From an uncultured Alistipes sp. (lineage in GTDB: Bacteria > Bacteroidota > Bacteroidia > Bacteroidales > Rikenellaceae): a stretch of 64,000 nucleotides of DNA. Position numbers and translations under genes: made by a program. Position 1 is the first letter of the stretch. Each line of letters starts with the position of its first letter. This document shows positions 9,909 to 18,781 of this stretch, piece after piece. The stretch covers positions 5,383 through 69,382 of the forward strand of contig CAYYUW010000040.1 in assembly GCA_964474985.1 (NCBI GenBank). The letters run 5' to 3'. The notes beneath the pieces were generated by a model, which made no database searches, was not told the DNA's origin, and saw nothing but the letters and a program-made list of their open reading frames with translations.

Positions 9909-10494
9909 AACTGATTTGTTTGGTTAATAAAATGTGTTAGTTAATCTTTGTCAGTAAGTTATTTAGCTGTGTCAGCAAATGTAGCCGGACTGTCTCGTAT
10001 CCTTACTGCCGGCTGTATTCTGCCTGCTGCGATAAATAGCAGAGGGACACGCCGCCGGCAGTCCCTCTGAATATTCATATCGATATATGTAAGGTGAATC
10101 TGTACAAGGTCGGGAATTATGCCAAAGCATAAAGCCGACAAACAATCGTGCAACGTTGTTACCTACAGTGGTCATAGCCATACTCGATAGTTTGCAATCC
10201 GTTTTCATTACGCGGCAAAGGTAAATCAAATATTCCGAAGCCACAATAGAATACTGCTTTTCGGTAAACATTTTATCAACAAAACCGGTCGGGACAGCCC
10301 TCTAAGCACGATAAGACGCTGTTTTTTTGTGCCCGTACCGGCGAACTTGCGCACTTCATCGCAAGCTGTTGTGTGCCTTTTCGCTCACCTGCCCGCCTGA
10401 GTCTCATCGTGGACTTGCCGCCGTGTACCCCATTGGATAGCCTGTCGCTGTGAGGTGCCCTGAAAGCCAACCGCCTGTCCGACACAACACATAC

Positions 10495-10530
10495 AAAAAA
10501 GAAAACGCTCCCTTTAGCGGGAGCGTTTTC
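10495..10530 (-). terminator. Intrinsic terminator after the ompA-family gene
   Basis: GAAAACGCTCCC/GGGAGCGTTTTC stem with T tract. Confidence 0.8.
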
Positions 10531-10550
10531 CGTAATTGAAACCGTCGGAA

Positions 10551-11744
10551 TTATTTCTCGGTGATGATCACGGCACGGTTCTGAGGCAGACCCTTGAACT
10601 GGGTCGAAGCACCCTTCCATTCGATCGACAGCTTGTCGGCTGCGACACCGCGATCGATAAGAGCCTGTTTTACAGCCTTAGCACGGTTCTCGCTCAGAGC
10701 GTTGTTGATCTTTGTGGTACCCTCTTCCGATGCGAGTCCGATCAGCGTGAAGCTCTTGTCCGAGGCCTTAATCATCTTGGCCAGATAGTCGAGCTGGATA
10801 GCAGCCTTCGGGGTGATGTCGGTCTTGTTCAGGTCGAAGAATACGATCATCTCCACGGGAATCTCGGTGCCCTTGTAGATCACGGGAGCCTTGGCGTTCT
10901 TGAGCTGCAGTGCGAGCTGGTCAGCCGTAGCGTTTGCGTTAGCCAGTTCGTTCTCCAGATTCTGGATGCGCTTGTTGTAAGCCGAGTAGTCAGGCTCCAA
11001 ACACTTCTGAGGACGGTTGAAGCCGCGTCGGTTGAATCGGTAGGTAAAGCCTACGCTGGCCGAAGGAAGGAAACCGAACCTGCCGAAGCCGTCAATAACA
11101 CCCTGCTCGTCGCCGCCGCGCAGACCGAATGTTTCACGAACTAACATAGTTTTCAGCTCGAGGTTCAGGTCGATTGCTTTCGACACGCGGAACTTGCTCA
11201 ACAGACCGCAAGAGAAAGCGAACTCGTTGTTGCCGCGATAGATGTCGGCACCGCTGATGTGCGAGCGGGCGTAACCGAGACCGGCGAAGACAACGGGCTG
11301 CCATACGCGCATTTCCTTGTAGCCGCAGAACCAGTTGCTCAGGTTCACCATAGCGTCTGCGTGGATGAAGTAGTAGCTCCACGTGCTCTGGTGTATGTTC
11401 AGACCGGTCTGCTGGTTGATCTCATCGAAGAAGTTGCTTTTGTAGCCCTGCAGGCTGGACTTCACCGACAGACCCTGTCCCTGAAGGCGGGCGCCGAATA
11501 CGGGAGTAATCCATTTGGCAATTGACAGATCCACCTCGGGCGAGATGCGCTTGCTACGCGGACCCATATCAGACCCTCTGAAGAACCAAGACTGTGCACC
11601 GACGCCGGCAGATACTTCCCAGTTATCCCAAAATCTGTTGGTAACGAAATCCGCATTACTCGGTTTCGGCTCGATTTCCTGCTCTTGCGCAGCGACACTC
11701 ATGGCCGCAACAACAAGTGCCAATGTAAATAAAACCTTTTTCAT
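10551..11744 (-). CDS. OmpA family outer-membrane protein
   Basis: TNRFWDNW N-terminal barrel typical of Bacteroidota OmpA; C-terminal FFDLNK...NNALSENRAKAV...NRAV peptidoglycan-binding domain. Confidence 0.9.
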   Translation of the reverse strand: MKKVLFTLALVVAAMSVAAQEQEIEPKPSNADFVTNRFWDNWEVSAGVGAQSWFFRGSDMGPRSKRISPEVDLSIAKWITPVFGARLQGQGLSVKSSLQGYKSNFFDEINQQTGLNIHQSTWSYYFIHADAMVNLSNWFCGYKEMRVWQPVVFAGLGYARSHISGADIYRGNNEFAFSCGLLSKFRVSKAIDLNLELKTMLVRETFGLRGGDEQGVIDGFGRFGFLPSASVGFTYRFNRRGFNRPQKCLEPDYSAYNKRIQNLENELANANATADQLALQLKNAKAPVIYKGTEIPVEMIVFFDLNKTDITPKAAIQLDYLAKMIKASDKSFTLIGLASEEGTTKINNALSENRAKAVKQALIDRGVAADKLSIEWKGASTQFKGLPQNRAVIITEK

Positions 11745-11913
11745 AAATTTTGTTTGTTAAGAATAAATTTCAATGTTTACCATTCTCTCTGTTTCAGTCT
11801 GCATTATTCTTTGTCAACAACAATGTTATGCCGTTCCCAGAAAGCACGCCGCAAATTTATGTAAAAAATATCAATAAATGTGCAAAATCACTCGTTTATT
11901 TTTTGAATATCGC

Positions 11914-11949
11914 AAAAAAAACGATCCGAAGCCCTTAACTCCGGATCGT
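11914..11949 (-). terminator. Intrinsic terminator after nrdJ
   Basis: ACGATCCG/CGGATCGT stem followed by T8 on the minus strand. Confidence 0.7.
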
Positions 11950-11971
11950 GTGTTAGTGCCAATCGTGTTTA

Positions 11972-14533
11972 TCAACCGCATTTGGAGTATCCGCAGGACA
12001 TACAAACCGGACAACCGTTTTGATATACTAACGTATCTTCGCCGCAGTTGGGGCAGGCGTGCTTGGCTTTGGTGCCGTCAGAAATATACTTCTTCAAGGC
12101 CCGCTCCACGCCGTTTTTCCACGTGTTGATGGTCTCGCTGTCCAAGTGCAGCGACTCGATCAGCGCCACCACGTCCACGATGGGCATACCGTGGCGCAAT
12201 ACGCCCGAGATCAGTTTGGCGTAGTTCCAGAACTCCTCGTCGAACAGACGCGATATGCCTCCCACCGTGTTGGTGTAGCCGTAGCGGTCGACGTACTGGA
12301 AATCGTAGCGCTTGCTGCCGTTAGGCTCTTTTACCTTGATTATGAAGCCCTTGGTTATCTTGCGCGGAATGAACATCGCATCCTCCTCGATCTTACCGGT
12401 GAAAATCTCGTAGGGGCGTCCGTTCGACAGTCCGACGAATGCGATCCAATCCTCGCTGCCGTTCTTGAAACGTACCACATCGGCTTCGAGCGAGGTGGGG
12501 CGGCGGATCAGCTGCTTGTGCTCCTCCTCGCACTTGCAACCCTTCTCGCCTTTCTTTTTCTTGTCGATAAGCACGCCCGAGCGCGAGCCGTCGCGATATA
12601 CGGTGACGCCTTTGCAGCCGCACTCCCATGCGGTCTTGTAGACGTCGGCCACCAACTGCTCCGAGACATTGCTGGGCAGGTTGACTGTGACCGATATCGA
12701 GTGGTCGACCCACTTCTGTATCGCACCCTGCATCTGCACCTTGGCAACCCAGTCGATATCGTTGGCTGTAGCCTTGTGGTAGGGCGACGCTGCGACCAGC
12801 CGATCCAGCTCCTCGTCCGAAATGGAATCCAGATCGGAGAGTTTGTATCCGTTCACCTCTAACCAAGTGAGGAACTTGTGGTGATATACATTGTACTCCT
12901 CGAACGAGTCGCCGCTGTCATCGACGTACGTTACCTTGACATCCTTGTCGCTGGGGTTGACCTTGCGGCGGCGCTTGTATACCGGACGGAATACAGGCTC
13001 GATGCCCGAGGTGGTCTGCGACATAAGCGAGGTGGTGCCGGTAGGCGCTATGGTCAGCATCGCTATGTTGCGGCGGCCGTTGGCAACCATCTGTTCGTAA
13101 AGCTCCGGATCGGCCTCTTTCAGACGGAGTATCATCGGGTTGGCAGCCTCCTTGGCAGCGTCGTACATCGGGAACTTGCCGCGTTCGGCAGCCATCTTGA
13201 CCGAAGCGCGATAGGCCTCGACGGCTAATGTGCGCTGTACCTTGACGGCGAAGTCGGTCGCCTCCTGCGTGCCGTAGGTGTAACCCAATGCGGCGAGCAT
13301 ATCGCCTTCGGCGGTGATGCCCAAGCCGGTGCGGCGTCCCTTGAGCGCCTTTTCGCGGATCTTCTTCCACAGGTTCAGCTCGACGCTGCGCACATCTTCG
13401 TCCTCGGGGTCAGCGGCGATCTTGGCGATTATAGCCTCGACCTTCTCAAGCTCCAGATCGATTATGTCGTCCATCATTCGCATCGCCATCTCGACGTGGC
13501 TGCGGAACTTGTCGAAGTCGAAACGCGCCTCGGGCGTGAACGGCTTTTCCACATAGCTGTAAAGATTTATCGCCAGCAGACGGCAGCTGTCGTACGGGCA
13601 GAGCGGAATCTCGCCGCACGGATTTGTCGATACGGTGGTGAATCCCTCGTCGGCGTAGCAGTCGGGAATGCTCTCGCGGAGCACCGTGTCCCAAAACAGC
13701 ACACCCGGCTCGGCAGATTTCCAAGCATTGTGAATGATCTTGTCCCACAATGTTTTGGCGTCAATATCCTTCTGATATAGGGGCTTGTCGGAATTGATCG
13801 GGAACTGCTGGCGGTACTTGCGGCCTTCGAGGGCGCAGTGCATAAACTCGTCGTCGATCTTGATCGAGACGTTGGCGCCGGTCACCTTGCCCAGATCGGT
13901 TTTGGCGTCGATGAAGCGTTCCGCATCGGGGTGCTTGATCGACAGGGTGAGCATCAGCGCGCCGCGGCGGCCGTCCTGCGCAACTTCGCGGGTCGAGTTG
14001 GAGTAGCGCTCCATAAAGGGGACGATGCCGGTGGAGGTCAGGGCGCTGTTGAGTACGGGCGATCCCGTGGGGCGGAGGTGCGAGAGGTCGTGACCTACGC
14101 CGCCGCGCCGCTTCATAAGCTGCACCTGCTCCTCGTCGATGCGGATAATGCCGCCGTAGGAGTCGGCCGGATTCTTGTGCCCGATGACGAAGCAGTTCGA
14201 CAGCGACGCTATCTGCAGGTTGTTGCCGATGCCGGTCATAGGGCCGCCCTGCGGAATAACGTAGCGGAAACGGTCGAGCAGTTCGAACACCTGTGCCGCA
14301 CTCATCGGGTTGGGATAGCGCTTTTCGATGCGTTCTATTTCGGCGGCGATGCGGTGGTGCATCTGCTCCGGCGATTTTTCATATATGCGGCCGAACGAGT
14401 CTTTGAGAGCATACTTGCTGACCCATACGGTGGCGGCCAGTTCGTCGCCTCGGAAGTACTCTTTCGAGGTGGCTACGGCATCGGAGTATGCATACTCCTT
14501 CGGCTTTCCGGTTTTACCTTGGTTCTCGGTCAT
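11972..14533 (-). CDS. nrdJ: Adenosylcobalamin-dependent (class II) ribonucleoside-diphosphate reductase
   Basis: SLSNCFV, TNPCGEIPL, TIAPTGTTS, GCKGVTVYRDGSR, C-terminal CPNC...CMSCGYSKC. Confidence 0.95.
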   Translation of the reverse strand: MTENQGKTGKPKEYAYSDAVATSKEYFRGDELAATVWVSKYALKDSFGRIYEKSPEQMHHRIAAEIERIEKRYPNPMSAAQVFELLDRFRYVIPQGGPMTGIGNNLQIASLSNCFVIGHKNPADSYGGIIRIDEEQVQLMKRRGGVGHDLSHLRPTGSPVLNSALTSTGIVPFMERYSNSTREVAQDGRRGALMLTLSIKHPDAERFIDAKTDLGKVTGANVSIKIDDEFMHCALEGRKYRQQFPINSDKPLYQKDIDAKTLWDKIIHNAWKSAEPGVLFWDTVLRESIPDCYADEGFTTVSTNPCGEIPLCPYDSCRLLAINLYSYVEKPFTPEARFDFDKFRSHVEMAMRMMDDIIDLELEKVEAIIAKIAADPEDEDVRSVELNLWKKIREKALKGRRTGLGITAEGDMLAALGYTYGTQEATDFAVKVQRTLAVEAYRASVKMAAERGKFPMYDAAKEAANPMILRLKEADPELYEQMVANGRRNIAMLTIAPTGTTSLMSQTTSGIEPVFRPVYKRRRKVNPSDKDVKVTYVDDSGDSFEEYNVYHHKFLTWLEVNGYKLSDLDSISDEELDRLVAASPYHKATANDIDWVAKVQMQGAIQKWVDHSISVTVNLPSNVSEQLVADVYKTAWECGCKGVTVYRDGSRSGVLIDKKKKGEKGCKCEEEHKQLIRRPTSLEADVVRFKNGSEDWIAFVGLSNGRPYEIFTGKIEEDAMFIPRKITKGFIIKVKEPNGSKRYDFQYVDRYGYTNTVGGISRLFDEEFWNYAKLISGVLRHGMPIVDVVALIESLHLDSETINTWKNGVERALKKYISDGTKAKHACPNCGEDTLVYQNGCPVCMSCGYSKCG

Positions 14534-14652
14534 AAGTCTATATCTTTATATGTAATTTGCAGACAACAAAGCACGTAATCCCTTAACCACGGATTACGTG
14601 CTTACAAATTTGCGGATAATTTCGAACATATGGTCTATTGGCGCGTCCGAAT

Positions 14653-14672
14653 TTATCTACAAGTTATCAACA
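14653..14672 (+). promoter_or_regulatory. Two tandem DnaA-box-like 9-mers upstream of nrdJ
   Basis: TTATCTACA (14653-14661) and TTATCAACA (14664-14672), each one mismatch from TTATCCACA. Confidence 0.5.
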
Positions 14673-14687
14673 GTCGCCCCTAACCGT

Positions 14688-15041
14688 TTACCGTTCAATG
14701 CCGACGGTGACACGACCGATTTTTCCGCCGAGCGGCGGGGCTATTTTCGATACGTCGACCCGCACGCGCACCGTTTGCGGGAAACGCTCGCGGATGGCGT
14801 CGGCGATGCGCAGCGATACGTTTTCGAGTATGTTCGAGGTAACTCGCATCTGCTCCTCCACGGTGCGGTAGACGTCGAGATAGTTCACAGCCTTGCGCAC
14901 GTCGTCTTGGCGGGCGGCCTCCTCGGCTTCGGCATCGATCTCGACCGTGACCGAGAACCGGTTGCCGACCTGCTTCTCGAGTTCGTAGCAGCCGTGCGAG
15001 GCGCGGAACTCCATATTTTCGAGTCGTATTCGGAAAATCAT
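14688..15041 (-). CDS. folB: Dihydroneopterin aldolase
   Basis: F.ASHGCYELEKQVGNRF.V, VNY..VY, VSK..PP.GG motifs. Confidence 0.95.
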   Translation of the reverse strand: MIFRIRLENMEFRASHGCYELEKQVGNRFSVTVEIDAEAEEAARQDDVRKAVNYLDVYRTVEEQMRVTSNILENVSLRIADAIRERFPQTVRVRVDVSKIAPPLGGKIGRVTVGIER

Positions 15042-15045
15042 ATAT

Positions 15046-17196
15046 TTATTCTGCCGTTAATTCTATCGTAGCTTTCAGCGGGGTGTCGGCCGACGAGCCG
15101 CCGACGTATATGTCGAATGTACCCGCCTCGACTCTCCAGCCGTCGGTGTCGGGATCGAAGAATGCGAAATCCTCCGGCTCGAGCGTCAGTTCGATGCGCT
15201 TGCTCTCGCCGGCCTTAAGCTCGGTCTTGTGGAACTCCTTCAGCTCCTTGACCGGACGCGGCAGGCTGCACTCGCGATCGGCCACATACAGCTGCACGGT
15301 CTCGCTGCCTGCACGCCGTCCGGTGTTGCGGACGGTGAACGACACCTTGACAGGCTCGCCGACGGCGGCCTTCTTCGGAGCCTTGATCGACGAGTAGGCG
15401 TACGACGTGTATGACAGACCGAATCCGAACGGGTACAGCGGTTCGATATTCCGGCTTTCGTACCAGCGGTAGCCGACGAATATGCCTTCGGAGTAAGTTA
15501 CCTGCGGCTTGGCGAGAAAATAGTGGTCCTGCTTGCGGTAGGGGCGCTCGAACTCCTTGCCGGCGGGGATGTATCCGTATGCGGGCGAGTCGCTGTCATT
15601 GCGTTCGATGGTTATGGGCAGCTTGCCCGAGGGGTTCACATCGCCGGCGATTATCTCGGCTGCGGCACGGCAGCCTGCCTGCCCGGGATACCATATATAT
15701 AATATGGCGGCAACTTTGTCGTTCCAGCCGCTCATATCCCAGCCGCTGCCGAATTGCGCTGCCACCACGACATTAGCATTGAGCGCTGCTGCCCGTTCGA
15801 TAGCCTGCTGCGTCTGTTCAGGCAGCACGAACGGGTGGTCGCCGCCCTCGGTCTCCTTCGATCCCACGCAGAGTATAACAGCCTCGGCTTCACGCAGCTC
15901 GTCGTCCGTAGCATCGGGCAGGAAGCGGGCGCGGTCACCGAACCTTTCGCACATAGCATCGGCAATGGTCGAGGTATTGAAGCCCTCCACCTCGGACGAT
16001 CCGCCGCCGCGGGCTATGCGATTGGCGTATGGACCGGTGATGACTATCGTCCCCTTGCCGGCGGGCGAGAGCGGCAGCAGTCCGTTATTGCGCAGCAGCA
16101 CGATGCCTTCGCGGGCCACCTGCAGCGCAGTCTGCTCGTGAGCATCGTAGCGGTCGCCCATAGCCTCATCCTTGATGGGGCGGTCGTAGTCGCCGGCCAT
16201 AATGAAGGTGCGGATCGTGGTGCGCAGCATACGGTCGATATCCTCTTCGCTGACACGCCCCTCGAACAGCTCCTTCTGCCCTTGGGTGCGCAGGTTGGCG
16301 AACGGGAATGCCGCATTGCCCGGCATCTCGATGCTAAGGCCCGAGCGGATAGCTTCGCCGGCGTCGTATATCGATGCCCAGTCGGTCATAACCAAATTGC
16401 GGAATCCCAGCTGGCCGCGCAGCACGTCGGTAATCCAGTGGCGGCTTTGGCCGGTCCACTCGCCATTGACTAAATTGTAGGAGGTCATTACGGCTAATGC
16501 TCCTGCGTCTATGCCGGCCTTGAAGGCGGGCAGGTAAATCTCGTTGAGCGTGCGCCGGTCGACGATCGAGTTGGCGATACGGCGCTTATATTCGAAATTG
16601 TTGCAGACGAAATGCTTGAGGGTAGCGATAGTGCCGGTGGACTGGACGCCGGCCACGAACTGCTCGGCCATACGCGCCGAGAGGTAGGGATCCTCGCCCA
16701 AGTATTCGAAATTGCGGCCGTTATGCGCCGTGCGGTATATGTTTACACCCGGACCGAGCAGGATGGCGATATTGCCGTAGCGGCACTCCTCGCCAATGGC
16801 GCGGGCAGCCTCGTAGGCCAGCGGGCGGTTCCACGTCGAGGCCAGCGCGATAGTTGCGGGGAAGGCTGTCGAACGGGACATTACGTAGGGCGAGTCGGGA
16901 TTGTTTTTCGGCTCGGAAAGCTCCTTGCGGATATGCACGCCCACCGAGGCGTCAGTCATATAGAACTCCGGAATCCCATATTGGGGCAGTCCCTTGACGA
17001 AGAATAGGTTGTGTCCGCTGATAAGCTCGAACTTGTCTTGGAGCGACATCGAAGCCACGATTTCGGCGGCGCGGCGGTCGGCCTCCTCGAAAGCGACGGC
17101 GGGAACATAAGGGGTGAAAGGCACGGGCGATTCGGGGGCCTTGCTGAAAGTCACGAGGCTCGTCAGTGCCAAAATAGCAGTAAGCAGGAATCTCAT
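15046..17196 (-). CDS. Glycoside hydrolase family 3 (beta-glucosidase-like) with Fn3-like C-domain
   Basis: GRNFEYLGEDP, KHF, VMTDW nucleophile motif, PFGFGLSYT, RPVKELK. Confidence 0.93.
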   Translation of the reverse strand: MRFLLTAILALTSLVTFSKAPESPVPFTPYVPAVAFEEADRRAAEIVASMSLQDKFELISGHNLFFVKGLPQYGIPEFYMTDASVGVHIRKELSEPKNNPDSPYVMSRSTAFPATIALASTWNRPLAYEAARAIGEECRYGNIAILLGPGVNIYRTAHNGRNFEYLGEDPYLSARMAEQFVAGVQSTGTIATLKHFVCNNFEYKRRIANSIVDRRTLNEIYLPAFKAGIDAGALAVMTSYNLVNGEWTGQSRHWITDVLRGQLGFRNLVMTDWASIYDAGEAIRSGLSIEMPGNAAFPFANLRTQGQKELFEGRVSEEDIDRMLRTTIRTFIMAGDYDRPIKDEAMGDRYDAHEQTALQVAREGIVLLRNNGLLPLSPAGKGTIVITGPYANRIARGGGSSEVEGFNTSTIADAMCERFGDRARFLPDATDDELREAEAVILCVGSKETEGGDHPFVLPEQTQQAIERAAALNANVVVAAQFGSGWDMSGWNDKVAAILYIWYPGQAGCRAAAEIIAGDVNPSGKLPITIERNDSDSPAYGYIPAGKEFERPYRKQDHYFLAKPQVTYSEGIFVGYRWYESRNIEPLYPFGFGLSYTSYAYSSIKAPKKAAVGEPVKVSFTVRNTGRRAGSETVQLYVADRECSLPRPVKELKEFHKTELKAGESKRIELTLEPEDFAFFDPDTDGWRVEAGTFDIYVGGSSADTPLKATIELTAE

Positions 17197-17237
17197 ATTC
17201 GATAAGGTTTAGGTTGTCGGTACAAATATACGAATTA

Positions 17238-17362
17238 GCGAGGGCAAATGCAACCTAAATAGCGACAATTGCCGCCTCAAAGATGCGGGTTGCAGCCTGC
17301 GGCTCGCGCGGCTGCAACGAAGCCGCATTTTGTCGCAATAAATATTCGCGCCCGCCCTCCGC
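17238..17362. repeat. Modular palindromic repeat cluster 2 (truncated modules)
   Basis: GACAATT..CGCCTCAAAG.TGCG.GTTGCAGCCTGCG, GGCTCGCGCGGC and AATATTCGCGCCCGCCCTCCGC shared with cluster 1. Confidence 0.85.
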
Positions 17363-17401
17363 TTTAATATATATGCAGCTCAGCATCATTGCCGGCAGCA
17401 T

Positions 17402-17436
17402 AAAAATCAAAGGCCGCCCCTCGGGGCAGCCTTTGG
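17402..17436 (-). terminator. Intrinsic terminator after tyrS
   Basis: CAAAGGCYGCCCC/GGGGCRGCCTTTG stem with T tract. Confidence 0.75.
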
Positions 17437-17458
17437 ATGTTTGCCTTGTGGCGGAGTG

Positions 17459-18742
17459 TTACTCTACCGTGATAAGGTAATAGTTCTTCTTGCCTTTTTG
17501 CACGAGCATATATTTGCCGGCAATAAGATCTTCGGCCGTTACGGGGCGCATCGGGTCGGTGACTTTCTCCTTGTTTAGCGAGATGCCGCCGCCCTGAATG
17601 AGCTTGCGGGTTTCGCCTTTCGAGGCGAAGATAGCGCAGCGTTCTGCGGCTAACTCCACAAACGGGCAGCCCAAAGCATCTTTGGATACGGTGAAATGCG
17701 GTACGCCGTCGAATACCTGCAGCAGTGTCTGCTCGTCCAAACGGTGCAGAGCCTCGGCGGTGGCGTTGCCGAAGAGGATGTTCGACGCCTCGACAGCCTT
17801 TTCGTACTCCTCGGCCGAGTGTATCATCGTCGTGATCTCCTTTGCCAGACGCTTCTGCAGAATGCGCAGATGCGGAGCAGCCTCGTGCTCGGCGATAAGC
17901 TGCTCGATGGTCCCGCGGTCGAGCAGGGTGAAGATGCGGATGTAGCTCTTGGCATCTTCATCGCTGACATTCAGCCAGAACTGGTAGAATTTGTAGGGCG
18001 ATGTATAGCGGGGGTCGAGCCATACGTTTCCGCTTTCGGTCTTGCCGAATTTGGTACCGTCGGCCTTCTTTATCAGGGGGCAGGTGATAGCGAACGCCTC
18101 GCCGCCCAACTTGCGGCGTATGAGTTCGGTTCCGGTGGTGATGTTGCCCCACTGGTCCGAGCCGCCGAGCTGAATCTTGCAGCCGAGCGTTTCGTACAGA
18201 TGCAGGAAGTCATAGCCCTGAAGCAGCTGGTAGGTAAATTCGGTGAACGACATACCGTCGCCCTCGCCGTTGAAGCGCTTCTTGACTGAGTCCTTGGCCA
18301 TCATGTAGTTGACGGTTATCATCTTGCCGATGTCGCGTGTGAAGTCGAGGAAGGTGAAGTCCTTCATCCAGTCGTAATTGTTGACCAGCAGAGCCGCATT
18401 GGGAGCCGAGCTGTCGAAGTCGATCAGTTTCGACAGCTGACGTTTGATAGCTTCCTGATTGTGACGCAGCGTCTGCTCATCCAGCAGATTGCGCTCCTGC
18501 GATTTGCCGCTGGGGTCGCCGATCATACCCGTGGCGCCGCCGATCAATGCGACAGGACGATGCCCGCATCGCTGGAAGTGCTTAAGTATCATTACTCCTA
18601 CCAAGTGACCTATGTGCAGCGAGTCGGCTGTGGGGTCGATGCCCAGATACGCCGTGGTCATCTCCTTTTCCAACTGTTCCTTGGCGCCGGGCATAATGTC
18701 GTGGATCATACCGCGCCATTCGAGTTCTTCTACGAAATTCAT
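17459..18742 (-). CDS. tyrS: Tyrosine--tRNA ligase
   Basis: [30 protein letters not shown]-terminal S4 domain. Confidence 0.98.
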   Translation of the reverse strand: MNFVEELEWRGMIHDIMPGAKEQLEKEMTTAYLGIDPTADSLHIGHLVGVMILKHFQRCGHRPVALIGGATGMIGDPSGKSQERNLLDEQTLRHNQEAIKRQLSKLIDFDSSAPNAALLVNNYDWMKDFTFLDFTRDIGKMITVNYMMAKDSVKKRFNGEGDGMSFTEFTYQLLQGYDFLHLYETLGCKIQLGGSDQWGNITTGTELIRRKLGGEAFAITCPLIKKADGTKFGKTESGNVWLDPRYTSPYKFYQFWLNVSDEDAKSYIRIFTLLDRGTIEQLIAEHEAAPHLRILQKRLAKEITTMIHSAEEYEKAVEASNILFGNATAEALHRLDEQTLLQVFDGVPHFTVSKDALGCPFVELAAERCAIFASKGETRKLIQGGGISLNKEKVTDPMRPVTAEDLIAGKYMLVQKGKKNYYLITVE

Positions 18743-18781
18743 TGTGTCTTGTATGTTTTTCTGTTTGTCGTTTTCTGTGAA

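Noticed and set aside
10287..10483. Weak inverted ends GTCGGGACAG / CTGTCCGAC around ~200 nt of intergenic DNA
   Set aside because: Short and imperfect, single copy, no target duplication or recognisable RNA motif
11972..14533. Intein or intron in nrdJ (also checked dnaX)
   Set aside because: Normal lengths, continuous motifs, no splice-junction signatures
14534..14687. Cobalamin riboswitch or NrdR boxes upstream of nrdJ
   Set aside because: No B12-box motif and only a poor partial NrdR-like match
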